NCBI GenBank assembly: GCA_046350815.1
Contig: JAXLZO010000001.1
Location: forward strand, 1,230,001-1,262,000
Direction: 5' to 3'
Length of the DNA: 32,000 nucleotides
Source of the DNA: Candidatus Saccharimonadota bacterium
Lineage (GTDB): Bacteria; Patescibacteriota; Gracilibacteria; BD1-5; UBA2023
Shown: one piece after another, positions 29,710 through 32,000 of the stretch
How the letters are laid out: every line of letters starts with the position of its first letter
How positions within the stretch are numbered: position 1 is the stretch's first letter
Program-made: the position numbers and the translations under genes
Notes under the pieces: model-generated
The model's input: the letters and a program-made list of their open reading frames with translations, nothing else
Databases searched by the model: none
Told to the model about the DNA's origin: nothing

Positions 29710-32000
29710 CTAAACTTCATCACTGAGTGCACCAGATGTCACTGGAATAGCCGCACTTTCCTTGTTATCACCCGTTGGAATATCGACTTCAATATCAAAT
29801 TGTCCCTCAAGGCGTTCGAGCTCATCATAGCGAGCTGCTTGTTCTGTCTCAATCGTTTCAATTCCTTCTTTATCGAGAAGTTCGATCTGAAGATTAAGTG
29901 CCTGGAGTTCACGCAACAATACATTGAATGATTCTGGCATATTTGGACGCTTGATTGGCTTCTTTTTCACAACCGCTTCATATGCCTGAGCACGACCATT
30001 GATGTCATCAGACTTGATCGTGAGCATTTCCTGAAGGATATTTGCCGCACCATATCATTCGAGAGCCCACACTTCCATTTCTCCGAGACGCTGACCACCA
30101 CGTTGAGCTTTACCTCCGAGTGGCTGTTGTGTTACCATCGAATAAGGACCGACGCTACGAGCATGGATTTTATCTTCAACAAGGTGATGAAGCTTGAGCA
30201 TATAGGTGAGACCTACAAATGTTCTCTCCTTAAATGGTTCGCCCGTTCGACCATCGAAGAGTTGAGTCTTTCCATCACTATCAATACCAGCTTCTTCCAT
30301 AAGCTTATCGATCTGCTCGATAGAGAGACCATTAAGTACTGGGGTCGCTACCTTAATACCGAGTTTTTTCGCTGCGAGACCGAGGTGTGCCTCAAGAATC
30401 TGTCCAATATTCATACGAGATATGACACCATGTGGATTGAGCACAATATCAATAGGCGTTCCGTCTGCCATATGTGGCATATCTTCCAGAGCCATGATAC
30501 GAGAGACAATACCCTTGTTTCCATGACGACCCGCCATCTTATCACCAACCTCAATTTTTCGAGTTTGAGCTACGAATACTTTCACTTCTTCGAATACACC
30601 GGTCGAGAGACTATCCCCATTCTCACGACGAAGAATATGAACACCGATAACCTTACCAGATGTTCCGATAGGCATAACCAGTGATGAATCCTTTACATCC
30701 TTTGACTTGTCACCAAAGATAGCTCGAAGGAGACGCTCTTCAGGAGAGAGTTCCATTTCACCCTTTGGAGTAACTTTACCAACGAGAATATCACCAGCCT
30801 CAACCGTACTACCAACTCGAATAATACCATTTTCATCAAGATTTCGAAGCTTTGTTGCTGATACATTTGGAATATCAGAAGTTGTCTGCTCAGGGCCAAG
30901 TTTCGTCTCACGAACATCCATGATGTACTCAGTAATGTGCACTGATGTATAGTAGTCATCCTGCATAACACGAGAAGAGAGGATGATTGAATCCTCAAAA
31001 TTATAACCACCCCATGGCATATATGCTACAACGAGATTGCGACCAATCGCAAGTTCACCATCTTCAATAGATTGACCATCAGCAAGAATATCACCCGGCT
31101 CGATTCGCTGACCAGCGGAAACGAGTGGCTTTTGATGAACGAGCATATCATGATTTGATCGCTCAAAAGTCATGAGCTCATGAGTCACTTTCTGGCCATT
31201 ATCATAGATAACAGTGATATGTTTGCCATCTACTCCAATAACTTGTCCATGATCGATTGCCTTGATCACATACCCAGAAGCCTCACCAATTTGTCGCTCC
31301 ATACCAGTACCTACCACCGGCGCCTCAGCACGAATGAGTGGAACTGCCTGTCGCATCATGTTTGTCGCCATTTCCGCACGAGTTGCATCATCATGTTCCA
31401 AGAATGGAATAAGAGAAGATGATTCAGAGAATATTTGCTTTGGAGAGATATCAATATGTGTTACCTGACGAAGGTGCTCTGTTGTTGCTTCAAAGTGGCG
31501 ACGAGCAGCTACGCGAGTCTCAAGGAAATTCCCATGTTCATCAACAGGAGCATTTGCCTCCGCAATGATAAGATCCTTCTCTTCATATGCATCAAAATAC
31601 TCAACGGTATCAGTAAGATAGGCTCTCACCCAAAGTTCTTCATGAGGATATCGAGATTTGATCTCCTGCGCAATCTCTGCTGTAATGAGCATCTTTTCAT
31701 CGATAATCATCTCGCCCTTTGCATCCAAGAGAGCCTCTCGAGTCACACGATGTACTGACGATATTCCATCATTTACGACACTATGACCGAGCTTACGAAA
31801 TGGAGTTGTAATAAATCCATATTTATCGACGCGTGCATAGCTCGCAAAGTGAAGTACGAGACCGATATTCTGACCTTCTGGAGTTGCAAGAGGACAGATT
31901 CGACCATACTGTGTCGGATGAATATCACGAACCTCGAACCCAGCACGTTCTCTCGTGAGACCACCATTACCGAGGGCAGTCAGACGACGCTTGTTAGCAA
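29710..32000 (-). CDS. rpoB: DNA-directed RNA polymerase subunit beta (5' end outside the window)
   Basis: Recognisable blocks are [53 protein letters not shown] and [32 protein letters not shown]. There is one TGA, at 30055. The TAG at 29710 lies 21 nt upstream of the rpoC ATG. Confidence 0.97.

Noticed and set aside
1-32000. Widespread pseudogenisation or frameshifting, suggested by the fragmented standard-code ORF track (for example rpoC in three pieces and the permease in four or more).
   Set aside because: All fragments of each gene lie in the same frame and are separated only by TGA. The TGA align with conserved Gly residues. Codon reassignment explains the pattern, not decay.
1-32000. 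UGA = Trp (table 4, Mycoplasma/Spiroplasma-like), given the low GC content.
   Set aside because: The interrupted positions are invariant glycines (DSGARG, GDSLTAGYG, DAPCSGEG, FMIQGGDP, and the LRR IG positions). None is a conserved Trp position.
1-32000. CRISPR arrays, IS or transposase genes, integrases, rRNA and tRNA genes.
   Set aside because: No spaced direct repeats, no terminal inverted repeats with a transposase-like ORF, and no rRNA or tRNA signature sequences were seen on either strand by eye. A tRNAscan-SE or Infernal run would confirm this.

Overview
This is a low-GC chromosomal window from a bacterium that reads UGA as glycine (translation table 25, Gracilibacteria / Absconditabacteria-SR1 type, CPR/Patescibacteria). 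Under the standard code almost every gene looks shattered. Joining same-frame ORF fragments across TGA gives 25 intact CDS and one frameshifted gene, and the TGA codons repeatedly fall on invariant Gly positions of well-known motifs.

Gene content, left to right:
- a tightly coupled hsdM-DUF3800-unknown cassette with no hsdS or hsdR in view
- a ybbA-ybbP-tesA-like ABC transporter plus lipase operon
- a CaCA antiporter, a cyclophilin, a DUF4870-like membrane protein and a RibD_C-type reductase
- a Nudix-like / rsmF-like / MTH1-like Nudix operon
- TerC, a TMEM43-family protein, DUF817 plus a GIY-YIG protein, and an unknown membrane/coiled-coil protein
- an ABC-F ATPase and a doubly frameshifted HAD gene
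- directly downstream of rpoB-rpoC, a terminator-delimited four-gene unit encoding two large Cys-rich secreted proteins, a membrane-anchored FKBP foldase and a small unknown protein

One secreted protein combines BspA-type LRRs with a thrombospondin-type-1-like repeat. The other combines Ig-like repeats with a CGDG/CDDG Cys-rich repeat. This unit is the best candidate for an undescribed cell-surface or host-attachment system.

No rRNA, tRNA, CRISPR array or transposase was seen. All coordinates and translations were derived by hand from the sequence. Family assignments are motif-level recognition from memory, not database searches.
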